A DNA stretch of 64,000 nt from Patescibacteria group bacterium (lineage in GTDB: Bacteria; Patescibacteriota; JABMPQ01; JAHIRA01): NCBI GenBank assembly GCA_018818205.1, contig JAHISJ010000023.1, positions 173,428 through 237,427 of the forward strand, read 5' to 3'. This document shows positions 38,406-48,701 of the stretch, in pieces. Made by a program: the position numbers and the translations under genes. The notes under the pieces were generated by a model. It did not search any database. It was not told the DNA's origin and saw nothing but the letters and a program-made list of their open reading frames with translations. Every line of letters starts with the position of its first letter. Within the stretch, counting starts at the first letter, position 1.

Positions 38406-39503
38406 CTACTTTTGGTGCAACTCATGCCATCTTAAAGCAAGGAATGGATCCCACATCATTCCTGTAGCAGACATAGCAACATCCGCTCCACTTTCCAAAA
38501 AGAGATCAAAATGTTCTGGAAGGGTAATACCACCAACGCCAACAAGTTCTAGACCAAGTTTTTGGGTATCATTTATCTCACGTGCGGCATGAACATACGC
38601 AAGGGCAAGCTTTTGGATAGGCTCACCACAGACACCGCTTGTTTCTCTGCCTTCACCAAGCGCAGGTTTATCTCCGTCCATTACCTTCATGCCAATAGTA
38701 TTTATACCTGATACACCTCTAGCTCCTGCTTTTGCAGCTTCAACAAAAGTCTCTCTCATCTCCTCTTGATCTTTAAAATACCCAACTTTAATAAGAAGAG
38801 GAATATCACCAATTTCACGTACAATTCGTGAACATAATTCATGTACCGTCTTTGGGTTTGTGTAAATGCTGCCTTCACCCGTTGCCACGTTTGGACATGA
38901 AAAATTGGCTTCAATAGCTTTTGCTCCCGACTCTTTTGCAAGAGCAGCAGCTCTTGCAAAATCAGCAACAAAATCCTCGCCATCACGAGGGGTCCCCACC
39001 ACGGAAGCTACAAGAAGTTGCCCCTCTTGAATCTCACCAATAGCTCGTGAAAGATCCTCAAGTACATACTGTTCACTTTGCGAAGGCATACCAAATGAAT
39101 TGGTTACTGCAAGCATAGCCATATTTTCCGGCTGATTCATCTTCTGAGGTATTTCTTCATTAATCTGACGCTCCTCAATAGGCCCTATTGTGTCGACATA
39201 AACCATGTTTGGGGCAGGTTGTGAAGGATGCTCTCCAGTTCTGATTGTTTTATATGTCACAATATCAAAGCCAAGTTTACTCGCTAGCGTGGTCCATTTT
39301 GAATTCAAAAGTGGACCTGCAGGAACACCAAGTGGACTAGCAACGTTTATTCCCAGAAAATCGATCCAATCCTCTTTTGGTGGCATTTCTCGTTTTGGAA
39401 TTTCTGCATCAAAGAATGGCCCTTCGGCAAAGTTTTCGTCATACGTTTTATGTATGTCATATATCGGTTTCCTATCCGGAAACCATTTTGGCACAGTATC
39501 CAT
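38406..39503 (-). CDS. Dihydroorotate dehydrogenase-like FMN oxidoreductase
   Basis: GVPAGP, YKT, NSFGMPS, EANFSCPN, INT, GVGGI motifs. Confidence 0.8.
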   Translation of the reverse strand: MDTVPKWFPDRKPIYDIHKTYDENFAEGPFFDAEIPKREMPPKEDWIDFLGINVASPLGVPAGPLLNSKWTTLASKLGFDIVTYKTIRTGEHPSQPAPNMVYVDTIGPIEERQINEEIPQKMNQPENMAMLAVTNSFGMPSQSEQYVLEDLSRAIGEIQEGQLLVASVVGTPRDGEDFVADFARAAALAKESGAKAIEANFSCPNVATGEGSIYTNPKTVHELCSRIVREIGDIPLLIKVGYFKDQEEMRETFVEAAKAGARGVSGINTIGMKVMDGDKPALGEGRETSGVCGEPIQKLALAYVHAAREINDTQKLGLELVGVGGITLPEHFDLFLESGADVAMSATGMMWDPFLALRWHELHQK

Positions 39504-39506
39504 ATG

Positions 39507-40829
39507 TTATGGTTTTAGTTGAGTTAGATATTTATTTGAAACAAGCTTTTTATACTCTTGTTTACTCATAATGCCTCTTTTCTCAAGCACCTCTGCGAGC
39601 GGTACTTCTGTTTTTTGTACCTCTTTTAATACATCAACTGCAGAATCATATCCTATTTTTGGAGTCAGAGCAGTAATAAGGGTAAAGCTATTTTCAACTA
39701 AAAATTCACACCTCTTCCTATCTACTCTAAGTTTTTTTAGGCCTCTTTCTGTAAATTTATTTACCCCTTTGATCATAAGATCCAATGATTCAAAAAGCGT
39801 TTTTGCGACAACCGGGAGCATAACGTTAAGTTCCAGCTGACCGGACTGAACCGCCATGAATATTGTCGTGTTGTTACCAATGACCTGAAACGCAACCTGA
39901 TTTAAAAGCTCAGACATGACGGGGTTTACTTTACCGGGCATAATAGAAGATCCTGCCTGAAGCTTAGAAAAACTAATTTCACCAAATCCCGCCTTAGGGC
40001 CTGATGAAAGAAGACGTAAATCGTTCATGCACTTGCAGATATTAATACTTGCAATTGCTAGCATGGCGCTTACCTCAGCAAAACAATCATGATACTGCGT
40101 TGCATACACTAAATTATCTGCACGCTTAAGCGGGTAACCAGTTTCATGAGCAAGTTTAGCAATAATACTGTTTGCAAAAGTTGCAGTTGCATTAAGTCCA
40201 GTACCAATTGCAGTACCGCCAAGATTTACTGAGTATAACGTCTTTTTTACGGCTTTAAACCGTCTTATATCCTCATTTATTGCTCGTGCATGCGCACCAA
40301 ACTCTTGCCCTAACGTAATGGGAATAGCGTCTTGTAAATGCGTTCTTCCAACCTTGAGAATGTCTTTGTATTCTTTTGATTTAGCATCAAACTCTTTATA
40401 ATATTCCTCGTATGTTTCAATAAGCGCATCAAGATAGTAGAGCGCTGTAATCTTCATTGCAGAAGGCACAACATCATTGGTTGACTGAGCTTTATTCACA
40501 TCATCAATTGCATGCACTTCTTCTTTGTCTTTTAGAATCTGACTGGCGCGCGTTGCGATAATCTCATTAACATTCATATTCATTGACGTACCTGCACCGC
40601 CTTGAAGCTCATCAACAACAATGTCTTCATCATGATCGCCTTTAAGAACTTCATCTGCAGCTTTTGCTATGGCACGACCTTTGACAGGACGTAGTGTCCT
40701 TTGCTCAGTATGCGTTTTTGCAGCACATTTCTTTATACGTGCAATATTCTTTGCAAGCTCAATAGAAAATGGTCTCCCAGTAAACTGAAAATTATTCAAA
40801 GCCTTCTTTGTTTCTTTTTGGTAGAGCAT
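39507..40829 (-). CDS. aspA: Aspartate ammonia-lyase (fumarase/aspartase family)
   Basis: GGAGTSMNMNVNE, QSTND, GRTHLQDA, GSSIMPGKVNP; ATG 40829 preferred over TTG 40844. Confidence 0.85.
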   Translation of the reverse strand: MLYQKETKKALNNFQFTGRPFSIELAKNIARIKKCAAKTHTEQRTLRPVKGRAIAKAADEVLKGDHDEDIVVDELQGGAGTSMNMNVNEIIATRASQILKDKEEVHAIDDVNKAQSTNDVVPSAMKITALYYLDALIETYEEYYKEFDAKSKEYKDILKVGRTHLQDAIPITLGQEFGAHARAINEDIRRFKAVKKTLYSVNLGGTAIGTGLNATATFANSIIAKLAHETGYPLKRADNLVYATQYHDCFAEVSAMLAIASINICKCMNDLRLLSSGPKAGFGEISFSKLQAGSSIMPGKVNPVMSELLNQVAFQVIGNNTTIFMAVQSGQLELNVMLPVVAKTLFESLDLMIKGVNKFTERGLKKLRVDRKRCEFLVENSFTLITALTPKIGYDSAVDVLKEVQKTEVPLAEVLEKRGIMSKQEYKKLVSNKYLTQLKP

Positions 40830-40966
40830 TAGGATAATAATCAAATAATTATATAATCAGTGTATAAAATATACATCTCTTTTGCAAGGAAGAAAAACAT
40901 GCCTTTTTGTTTTATAAATACTCTCAATTATGCTACGATTACAATAAGAAAATATAAAAACCATTT

Positions 40967-41407
40967 ATGACTATTGCAATCTGTGGTAGCCTCGATTTTA
41001 CTAAAGAGATTAAAAAACTTGCGGATGAATTAAAGAGCAAAGGATTTACCGTCAAAATACCCTTAACGTCAGAAAAAATACTCAAAGGGCAACTCACCGT
41101 TCAAGATATCAAAAAAGAAAAAAAGGAAGGACAGTTTGCAAAACGGGCAATAAAATATGACTCAATAAGAAAATATTGGAACATTATTGTAAAATCCGAT
41201 GTCATTTTGGTAGCAAACTATGACAAAAATGACATTAAAAATTACATTGGCGGTAACTCATTTTTAGAAATGGGTTTTGCACATGTATTAGAAAAGCCAA
41301 TATATTTGCTAAACGGCATCCCAAAAATCATGTACCGCGATGAGATTGAAGCAATGCAGCCAATCAGCTTAAAAGGCACATTAGAAAACCTTCATCTAAA
41401 TCCATGA
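40967..41407 (+). CDS. Hypothetical protein, nucleoside 2-deoxyribosyltransferase-like fold
   Basis: IAICGS, SD.ILV.N, YIG.NSFLEMGFA..L.KPIY. Confidence 0.65.
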   Translation: MTIAICGSLDFTKEIKKLADELKSKGFTVKIPLTSEKILKGQLTVQDIKKEKKEGQFAKRAIKYDSIRKYWNIIVKSDVILVANYDKNDIKNYIGGNSFLEMGFAHVLEKPIYLLNGIPKIMYRDEIEAMQPISLKGTLENLHLNP

Positions 41408-42396
41408 ATGTAGTCACCGGCGCGGCAGGCCACATTGGAAACGTATTATGCAGAGAACTTCTTAAAAAAGGTGAGAAGGTTCGTGCTGTTGTGCTTCCTG
41501 GAGAAGACACTCGTTCACTTGATGGCTTAGACGTCGAAAAGGTAGAGGGAGATATACTCGACAAGAACTTTCTAAAAACACTCTGTAAAGACGTAAATCA
41601 TGTATACCACCTTGCGGCTATTGTCTCCATAACAAGGAAAATGAAATCGATGATGGAGAAAGTTAACGTCGAGGGAACTAGAAATATTATTGAAGTATGC
41701 AAGGAATGTAATGTACAAAGACTTATCTACACGAGCAGTATTCATGCATTTATTGAACCACCAAAAGGTACGCTTATTGATGAAGCTGGCGAGATAAATC
41801 CACAGAAAACAGTAGGCGACTACGCTAAGACAAAAGCGCAAGCTACACTTGAGGTTTTAAAAGCTGCAAAAAACGGATTAGATGCTGTTATTGTCTGTCC
41901 ATCCGGTGTAATGGGCCCTTTTGATTATAGACCTTCAGAGATGGGTCAACTCTTTATTGATTTTGCTGAAAGAAGACTTAAGGCGTACGTAGAAGGAGCC
42001 TATGACTTTGTAGATGTAAGAGACATTGCCCATGGACATATCTTAGCGGCAGAAAAAGGCAACAGTGGAGAAATCTATATTATGTCCGGAGAACTAATCT
42101 CAATCACGGATATCCTTCATTACTTGGAGGAAATAACCGGTGTAAAAGCACCATGGTTTAAACTTCAATACTGGTTTGCCTGGTGGACTGAGCCACTTGC
42201 ACAAATATATTATACACTTGCAAAACAACGACCACTCTTTACTCGATATTCATTATATACACTTACCAGTAACGCAAACGTCAATGATAGAAAAGCTAGA
42301 GAAGAACTTGGTTATACTTCTAGGCCACTTGAGCAGTCTATCAAAGATACCGTTATGTGGCTAACGGATCAGGGAATGCTGATTATACATACATAG
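41404..42396 (+). CDS. NAD-dependent epimerase/dehydratase (dihydroflavonol reductase/HpnA-like SDR)
   Basis: VTGAAGHIG, YHLAA, YAKTK, FVDVRD.A.GH. Confidence 0.9.
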   Translation: MNVVTGAAGHIGNVLCRELLKKGEKVRAVVLPGEDTRSLDGLDVEKVEGDILDKNFLKTLCKDVNHVYHLAAIVSITRKMKSMMEKVNVEGTRNIIEVCKECNVQRLIYTSSIHAFIEPPKGTLIDEAGEINPQKTVGDYAKTKAQATLEVLKAAKNGLDAVIVCPSGVMGPFDYRPSEMGQLFIDFAERRLKAYVEGAYDFVDVRDIAHGHILAAEKGNSGEIYIMSGELISITDILHYLEEITGVKAPWFKLQYWFAWWTEPLAQIYYTLAKQRPLFTRYSLYTLTSNANVNDRKAREELGYTSRPLEQSIKDTVMWLTDQGMLIIHT

Positions 42397-42512
42397 AAAT
42401 CGATCACTAATAATCTGTCTTTACAAAAGTAATCAAAATTGTACACATAAATATGGCTTTCCCGTCAAAGGCTCGCGTTCTATGATGGAGTGTTATCACT
42501 AATAAAAAACAC

Positions 42513-43847
42513 GTGGATCATGAAATTTTCAACAAGATAAAGGAGGATAATGTTCGGTTTATTCAACTGCAATTTTCAGACATTTTAGGATTGGTTAAAA
42601 ATGTAACGATTCCACTACGTGAGCTTGCCAGTGCGTTTGAACATGGAATATGGTTTGATGGGTCATCGATTGAAGGTTTTGCTCGCATTGCAGAAAGTGA
42701 CATGTACTTAAAACCGGATCAAAATACCTACGCAGTTATTCCGTGGCTCAACTCAAAAGATGGAAATACTGCACGTTTTATCTGTGACATCTTTAATCCT
42801 GACAGTACCCCTTTTGAAGGATGTCCAAGGCGCATTCTCAAAAAAGCGATAGAAGAAGCCGCATCTCTGGGATATACATACAACACCGGTCCAGAACTTG
42901 AATTCCATCTTTTTAAGAAGAACGAACAAGGCGAGATTAAACCACTTCCCTATGACCGCGCAGGGTATTTTGACTTAACAACAGACCAGGCCTATGAGAT
43001 TAGAAGAGAAATGACCATCACCCTAGAGAAATTTGGCATCTATGTGGAAACAACACACCATGAAGTTGCCGTAGGGCAACATGAAATTAATTTCAAGTTT
43101 GATAACGCACTTACTACCGCCGACAATGCTATTACTCTTAGATTTGTACTCAAAGCCATCGCCCAAAAATATGATCTTCATGCTACGTTCATGCCAAAAC
43201 CAATTGCAGGCATTGCTGGAAACGCCATGCACGTACACCAAAGTCTCTTTAATGTAGCAAGTTCTACAAACGCATTTTATCACGATGACGACAAATACAA
43301 TCTTTCAAAAACGGCATATAATTTTATTGGGGGGCAACTTGAGCACATTAAAGGTATGGCTGCAATACTATCCCCAACGGTAAACTCGTACAAAAGACTT
43401 GTTCCAGGATACGAAGCTCCAGTATATATTAGTTGGGCACGTACAAACAGATCATCACTTATTCGTATTCCCTGTGCTGGTACAAAGTCTAGAAACGCAA
43501 CACGTGTAGAACTCAGATGCCCAGACCCAACGTGTAATATTTATCTTGCTTTTGCAGTCATGTTAAAAACCGGGCTTGATGGAATAAAAAGAAATATCTT
43601 ACCGCCAATGCCAAGAGAAGAAAATCTTTACGAGATAGCAAAAAATGATACAGTCGGCGGTGGGGTTGAGAGTCTTCCGGAATCTCTTGGAGAAGCGCTT
43701 GAGGAGCTAAAGAATAACCGCGTAGTACAGAGTGCGCTTGGTGATCACATTGTTGAACGATATATAGAGGCAAAGGCAAAAGAGTGGGAAAAATACTGTA
43801 CATATGTCTCTCCATGGGAAATTGATAGATACCTTGAACAGTATTAA
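42513..43847 (+). CDS. glnA: Glutamine synthetase type I
   Basis: FDGSSIEGF, GPELEF, HHEVA.GQHEI, ATFMPKP, NSYKRLVPGYEAP, R.ELR.PD. Confidence 0.96.
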   Translation: MDHEIFNKIKEDNVRFIQLQFSDILGLVKNVTIPLRELASAFEHGIWFDGSSIEGFARIAESDMYLKPDQNTYAVIPWLNSKDGNTARFICDIFNPDSTPFEGCPRRILKKAIEEAASLGYTYNTGPELEFHLFKKNEQGEIKPLPYDRAGYFDLTTDQAYEIRREMTITLEKFGIYVETTHHEVAVGQHEINFKFDNALTTADNAITLRFVLKAIAQKYDLHATFMPKPIAGIAGNAMHVHQSLFNVASSTNAFYHDDDKYNLSKTAYNFIGGQLEHIKGMAAILSPTVNSYKRLVPGYEAPVYISWARTNRSSLIRIPCAGTKSRNATRVELRCPDPTCNIYLAFAVMLKTGLDGIKRNILPPMPREENLYEIAKNDTVGGGVESLPESLGEALEELKNNRVVQSALGDHIVERYIEAKAKEWEKYCTYVSPWEIDRYLEQY

Positions 43848-43888
43848 TCAAAGCTATCTCAAAAAAAGAAAAGTAATATAATACACAC

Positions 43889-44962
43889 GTGCGATACAAA
43901 AAAATTGTTATAAAAATTGGCACAAGCGTCATAACAGATGAAAATGGTTATCTTGATTTACCACGAATCAAGAATATTGTTGAGCAAATAGCACAGATTA
44001 GAAAAGAGGGAGTTGATGTAATTGTCGTCCTTTCTGGAGCGGTAACCGCTGGTAAAACATTATTTCAAGAGGCAAAGCCAGTCACGTCACCAAAAGAAAA
44101 GCAGCTATACGCATCAGTTGGTCAGATATCACTCATGAACTATTTTTCTAAGCAATTTTTTGACAAAAAAATAACCATTGGTCAAATTTTGGCAACTAAG
44201 GAAGATTTTAGGGATAGAAAACACTACTTAAACATGAGAAGTTGTTTTGAAGCACTTTTGGGAAAAGAGGTAATTCCTGTCGTCAACGAAAACGATGCAA
44301 TTTCATTCCACGGAGCCACATTTACGGATAATGATGAGCTTGCGGGGCTTATTGCCTCTATGCTTAACTGTGACGCATTGATTGTACTAACCGATGTAGA
44401 TGGTGTGTGCGACAAGCATCCAAAGCATAAAGATGCTAAATGTCTCACTAAAGTCGACCCCAAAGAAACAAACGTTTTTGACTTTATTACGAGTGAAAAA
44501 TCAAGTTGTGGCACCGGAGGCATGTTTTCGAAGTGTAAAATTGCAACGCGACTTTCCGCAATAGGCATAGGCACACACATTGTAAATGGCACAAAAGAAA
44601 ATATTATTTCAAGCGTCATGGAAGGGAAGCTGGTTGGCACTGAATTTGTTGCACAAAAAAATATTTCGAGTATGAAGCGGTGGCTTGCCAATTCTCAAGG
44701 ACATGAAGTTGGTTCAGTATTTATTAACGAAGGCGCAAAAGAAAAACTCCTCACTAATGGATCGGTAAGCTTATTGCCTGTTGGTATAATCAGTGTTGAG
44801 GGTGAATTTGAAAAAGGTGATATCATTGCAATTAAGACCGAGTACAACCAGGTTCTTGGTAGAGGTGTTGCGCAATACAACAGTTCAAAAGCAGGAGCAC
44901 TTATGGGTAAAAAAGGTGAAAAACCGTTAGTGCGCTGCGACTATTTATTCATAATAGAATGA
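43889..44962 (+). CDS. proB: Glutamate 5-kinase with PUA domain
   Basis: VIKIGTS, SGAV, PVVNEND, DNDELA, GTGGM..K, C-terminal SLLPVGI..V.G.F.KGD. Confidence 0.95.
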   Translation: MRYKKIVIKIGTSVITDENGYLDLPRIKNIVEQIAQIRKEGVDVIVVLSGAVTAGKTLFQEAKPVTSPKEKQLYASVGQISLMNYFSKQFFDKKITIGQILATKEDFRDRKHYLNMRSCFEALLGKEVIPVVNENDAISFHGATFTDNDELAGLIASMLNCDALIVLTDVDGVCDKHPKHKDAKCLTKVDPKETNVFDFITSEKSSCGTGGMFSKCKIATRLSAIGIGTHIVNGTKENIISSVMEGKLVGTEFVAQKNISSMKRWLANSQGHEVGSVFINEGAKEKLLTNGSVSLLPVGIISVEGEFEKGDIIAIKTEYNQVLGRGVAQYNSSKAGALMGKKGEKPLVRCDYLFIIE

Positions 44963-47040
44963 GAAAAATAACAGTAGGAATTATTGGTGCAGGTAATATG
45001 GGAACCGCTTTTTATAATGGCATCAAAAAATCATATCCAAGCATGTCACTGTATGTTTTTGACACCAACCAAAAAAAGCTCGACCATTTCTTAAAAAAAG
45101 AACAAACAAGCTCAATTCCATCGTTGATAGAAAAATCAAGTTATGTCATTATTGCGGTCAAGCCTCAACTATTTGACGAAGTCGCAAAGGCGATTCCAAA
45201 AGATACGCTAGATACTGTATTTATCTCAATAATGGCTGGAGTCTCGCTCAAGACACTAAAAAAATCACTCAAAACAAGTAAGGTTGTTAGATCTATGCCT
45301 AATTTAGCCATTAGTATTCAAGAAGGCTTAACTGGGTGGCTAGCAACAAAAAGCGTTTCTAGCAAAGAAAAGAAAGAAGTCTCTGAAATTCTTTCTTCAC
45401 TCGGTACAGAGATTGAGGTAAAAGACGAGGAAGGCATTGATAAAATTACTGCACTCTCTGGATCAGGTCCTGCATATTTCTTCCACCTTACCGAGTGTAT
45501 TCAAAAGCAGGCTGAGAAATGGGGATTTACTACAAAAGAGGCACAAAAAATGGCCGTTCAAACGTTATCCGGAAGCGCTCACATTCTTAAAGAAAGCAAA
45601 GAAACTCCCGGAGTGTGGAAGGACCGAGTTACTTCAAAGGGTGGTACGACTGAAGCTGCTCTTAAGTATCTCATAAAAAAGAAGTGGGATACTATTTTTA
45701 AAGATGCGCTAAAAGAAGCGTATAATCACTCAAAAAAACTTAAAGACGCAAGATTTTGTAGAGACGCAGAATTGTGTAGAGACGCAAGATTTTGCGTCTC
45801 TACACAATTTTCAAAGGTAAAACAAGCAAGCAAAGCCCTTGCTACACTAAGTAATGATGCAAAAAATACTCTCCTAAGCGAACTTGCTTCTTATGTTGTC
45901 GAAAAAGAAAAGAGTATCCTTGATGCAAATAAAAAAGATTTGAGCAAGATGGACAAAGATGATCCTAGTTATGACAGACTCCTTCTTACCAGTGAACGAA
46001 TAGCTGGTATTGCTGGAGATATCAAAAACGTTATAGCTCTTGATTCACCGCTTCATCTCACGCTTGATTCTTACACCCATCCAAACGGTCTCAAGATAAA
46101 CAAAATTTCAGTCCCTTTCGGAGTAATCGGTGTGATTTATGAAGCACGGCCAAACGTAACCCTCGATGTTTTTGCACTTTGTTTTAAATCCGGGAACGCC
46201 TGCATTCTTAAAGGAGGCGAGGAAGCACATGAATCAAACAAAGCAATAACCGCGCTGATTCATGATATTTTGCTAAAAAATGATATCAATACCGACTCTA
46301 TCCTTCTTCTTCCTCCCGACAAGGAATCTGTTAAACCTTTGCTGGAAGCTGAAGGAGAAGTCGACCTCATTATTCCGCGAGGAGGGCAAGGCTTAATTCA
46401 ATTCGTAAGAGAAAACGCAAAAGTACCTGTTATTGAAACAGGTGCAGGAATAGTACATACCTATTTTGACAAAGAAGGTGACGTAGAAAAGGGAAGAAAT
46501 ATTATTGAAAATGCTAAATGCAGAAGGCCAAGCGTTTGTAATGCATTAGACACACTTATAATTCATACAGACAGACTGGATGACCTATACTTTCTCATTG
46601 AGCCGCTCGAAGACCACTCCGTTGAAATATATGCTGATGAACAGTCATTTGAAGTGCTCGCTAAAAAATACAATCCTTCGTTACTAAAAAAAACAAAACC
46701 AGAAGATTTTGGCACAGAGTTTCTCTCCCTTAAAATGTCTATAAAGACAGTGCATTCTATAGATGAAGCACTAACACATATTGAAACGCATACTTCAAAG
46801 CATAGTGAAGCGATCATCACTGAAAACAAAGAAACGTCACAACTATTTCTCAACTCAGTTGATGCGGCAGCAGTCTACTCAAACGCCTCCACAGCATTCA
46901 CCGATGGCGCTCAGTTTGGTTTGGGCGCTGAAATTGGTATTAGCACCCAGAAGCTGCACGCGCGTGGTCCTATGGGGCTTAGAGAACTTACCACGTACAA
47001 ATGGGTAATTGAGGGTAATGGGCAGATCAGACCGGCATAA
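44959..47040 (+). CDS. proC-proA: Fused pyrroline-5-carboxylate reductase (ProC) and gamma-glutamyl phosphate reductase (ProA)
   Basis: N-term IGAGNMG, AVKPQ, MPN, SGSGPAY, VTSKGGTT; C-term VIYEARPNVT, IIPRGG, SVCNALDT, GAEIGISTQKLHARGPMGL. Confidence 0.92.
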   Translation: MRKITVGIIGAGNMGTAFYNGIKKSYPSMSLYVFDTNQKKLDHFLKKEQTSSIPSLIEKSSYVIIAVKPQLFDEVAKAIPKDTLDTVFISIMAGVSLKTLKKSLKTSKVVRSMPNLAISIQEGLTGWLATKSVSSKEKKEVSEILSSLGTEIEVKDEEGIDKITALSGSGPAYFFHLTECIQKQAEKWGFTTKEAQKMAVQTLSGSAHILKESKETPGVWKDRVTSKGGTTEAALKYLIKKKWDTIFKDALKEAYNHSKKLKDARFCRDAELCRDARFCVSTQFSKVKQASKALATLSNDAKNTLLSELASYVVEKEKSILDANKKDLSKMDKDDPSYDRLLLTSERIAGIAGDIKNVIALDSPLHLTLDSYTHPNGLKINKISVPFGVIGVIYEARPNVTLDVFALCFKSGNACILKGGEEAHESNKAITALIHDILLKNDINTDSILLLPPDKESVKPLLEAEGEVDLIIPRGGQGLIQFVRENAKVPVIETGAGIVHTYFDKEGDVEKGRNIIENAKCRRPSVCNALDTLIIHTDRLDDLYFLIEPLEDHSVEIYADEQSFEVLAKKYNPSLLKKTKPEDFGTEFLSLKMSIKTVHSIDEALTHIETHTSKHSEAIITENKETSQLFLNSVDAAAVYSNASTAFTDGAQFGLGAEIGISTQKLHARGPMGLRELTTYKWVIEGNGQIRPA
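45742..45809. repeat. GTAG-type REP-like element: three 18-bp tandem units ending in a perfect 18-bp hairpin, inside the proC-proA linker
   Basis: aaagacgcaagattttgt/agagacgcagaattgtgt/agagacgcaagattttgc; stem aattgtgtagagacgcaa (45770-45787) pairs with ttgcgtctctacacaatt (45792-45809). Confidence 0.85.
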
Positions 47041-47101
47041 AAAGCCTCATCTGACAGTATAACCAATTCACTCTTAACATTTTTTTTGATATCATAAATC
47101 T

Positions 47102-48076
47102 ATGAACCCAGAACACCCCTCCTTCATTCCACTCCAAGAACAAGAAACTTCTTCTAACCTAGAAAAGTGGCTCTCTTCTGAACTCCCCAAGCAATACGAA
47201 GAAAAAGCCAAAGCGCTAAACGAACTGGGTCTTTTGGAAGTTCTTCCTGAGTGCGGAGAGATTGGCATTGTTGGCATTGATGGTAAAGAGTATCCGTTTC
47301 CATCAGAAGAACAGATCAAAGAAGAGATGCTTAAAAACAGAGAAGTCTTTGAAACAAAGATGAGACAAGGCTTCACTGAGCTTGAGATCACTCCATTTGG
47401 CCTGCCGCTTGAGAGACTCATGCACACTGCCAGACAAAGTATTTTTAAACACCACAAAGAAGGAAAGCTCTTTGGCACAAAGAAGAATCAAGATGATGAG
47501 TCGGAATCATTAGAACCCTTTGAGATTAATGAATACGAACCACTCTTTGTCTGGGAAGACCTAAAAGACGCAGACACACAAGGAACACTCATCTACTACC
47601 CTAAGAAGTTCTCAAAGAATCACCAAGGACTAACCAAACAAGAACTTCTTGACGCTTCGAAAGATTCTCCTTTCTCAGGTTTCACCGTCTATCTCAGAGA
47701 AAAAGACATCAACATCCCGGGAGAAGGACACGGTCAAACCCAAGAAGGCAGAACACAACTTGAAGCAGGGAAATCTTTAAAAGAATACTTTACCTTACTT
47801 CAAACTCAAGCAGAATATCAACACGAATCAGGTCAAACCCCTGAAGACTGGCTCACTCTTTTTTCAACCCACCTCAAAAAAACCAATCAAGTCATTGATG
47901 ACTATCAGTGGAATGGAAGGTATAGCTATCTTTTCGGGTCATACTATCCCGTTTCCGACGACATGCCGCGCGCGAGCTGGATTCGCGATGCTGGGCAGGC
48001 TGGCTTGGGCGGGTACGGTCCCGGGGACCTTTCTTTGGGTGCGGGGGTTCGCTCTGTGGTGAGGATAGGGACTTAG
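47102..48076 (+). CDS. Hypothetical protein, probable DGR target (C-type-lectin-like variable C-terminus)
   Basis: C-terminus P.A.W.R...QA.L....P......GVRSVVRI; only 6 A in 47966-48060 versus an A-rich gene body. Confidence 0.7.
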   Translation: MNPEHPSFIPLQEQETSSNLEKWLSSELPKQYEEKAKALNELGLLEVLPECGEIGIVGIDGKEYPFPSEEQIKEEMLKNREVFETKMRQGFTELEITPFGLPLERLMHTARQSIFKHHKEGKLFGTKKNQDDESESLEPFEINEYEPLFVWEDLKDADTQGTLIYYPKKFSKNHQGLTKQELLDASKDSPFSGFTVYLREKDINIPGEGHGQTQEGRTQLEAGKSLKEYFTLLQTQAEYQHESGQTPEDWLTLFSTHLKKTNQVIDDYQWNGRYSYLFGSYYPVSDDMPRASWIRDAGQAGLGGYGPGDLSLGAGVRSVVRIGT

Positions 48077-48232
48077 GACTTGAGTTTTGCTTTTTCTTTG
48101 ATTTATTACTTCATTTTTCCGGCTTGCGAGTCACAACTTTCTCATTTGATTTATCTCTCTTGTTTGCGTTTGTCCTCTATTTCACTTAAAATATAAATTG
48201 ATTCACACTACTTATTAACTAATAAAATCCAT

Positions 48233-48700
48233 ATGAACGTAGAAATTGGAATCGAAGAATCAGACAGAGTCATTATTGTTGAAGGTCTTGCCAAATTGCA
48301 AGGCGACACCTACCTACTTAGCATGAAAGCTCAAAATTATCATTGGAATGTAAAAGGACCTCTTTTTAGTTCGCTCACACACCTTTTCATGGAACATCAC
48401 AATGAACTTACTGAAGGAATTGAGAATATCGCCCTAAGGGTTAGAATGCTTGGGCATGTTGCTCCAGGAACGCTCACTGAGTACAAAAGATTAAGCTCAC
48501 TTGCTGAAGGTGATTCTGCTCAAGACGCTGAATCAATGATTAAAGAGCTCATAGAAAACCATGAATCAATTTTGCAAGATGTGCGCCCATTTATAAAATT
48601 GGTTGAAAAAACTAACGATTATGCTACCGTAGACCTGCTCGTTAGGCACCTGACTGTGCACGCAGAAATGGCATGGGAGCTAAGAAGCATCATTGAATAG
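48233..48700 (+). CDS. dps: Dps/ferritin-like DNA protection protein
   Basis: K.QNYHWNVKGP.F, IA.RVR.LG, D..T.DL, W.LRS; some ferroxidase residues look substituted. Confidence 0.85.
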   Translation: MNVEIGIEESDRVIIVEGLAKLQGDTYLLSMKAQNYHWNVKGPLFSSLTHLFMEHHNELTEGIENIALRVRMLGHVAPGTLTEYKRLSSLAEGDSAQDAESMIKELIENHESILQDVRPFIKLVEKTNDYATVDLLVRHLTVHAEMAWELRSIIE

Positions 48701-48701
48701 C

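Noticed and set aside
42450-42512. Possible glutamine riboswitch upstream of glnA
   Set aside because: I could not find the glnA-motif consensus; only a weak hairpin is present.
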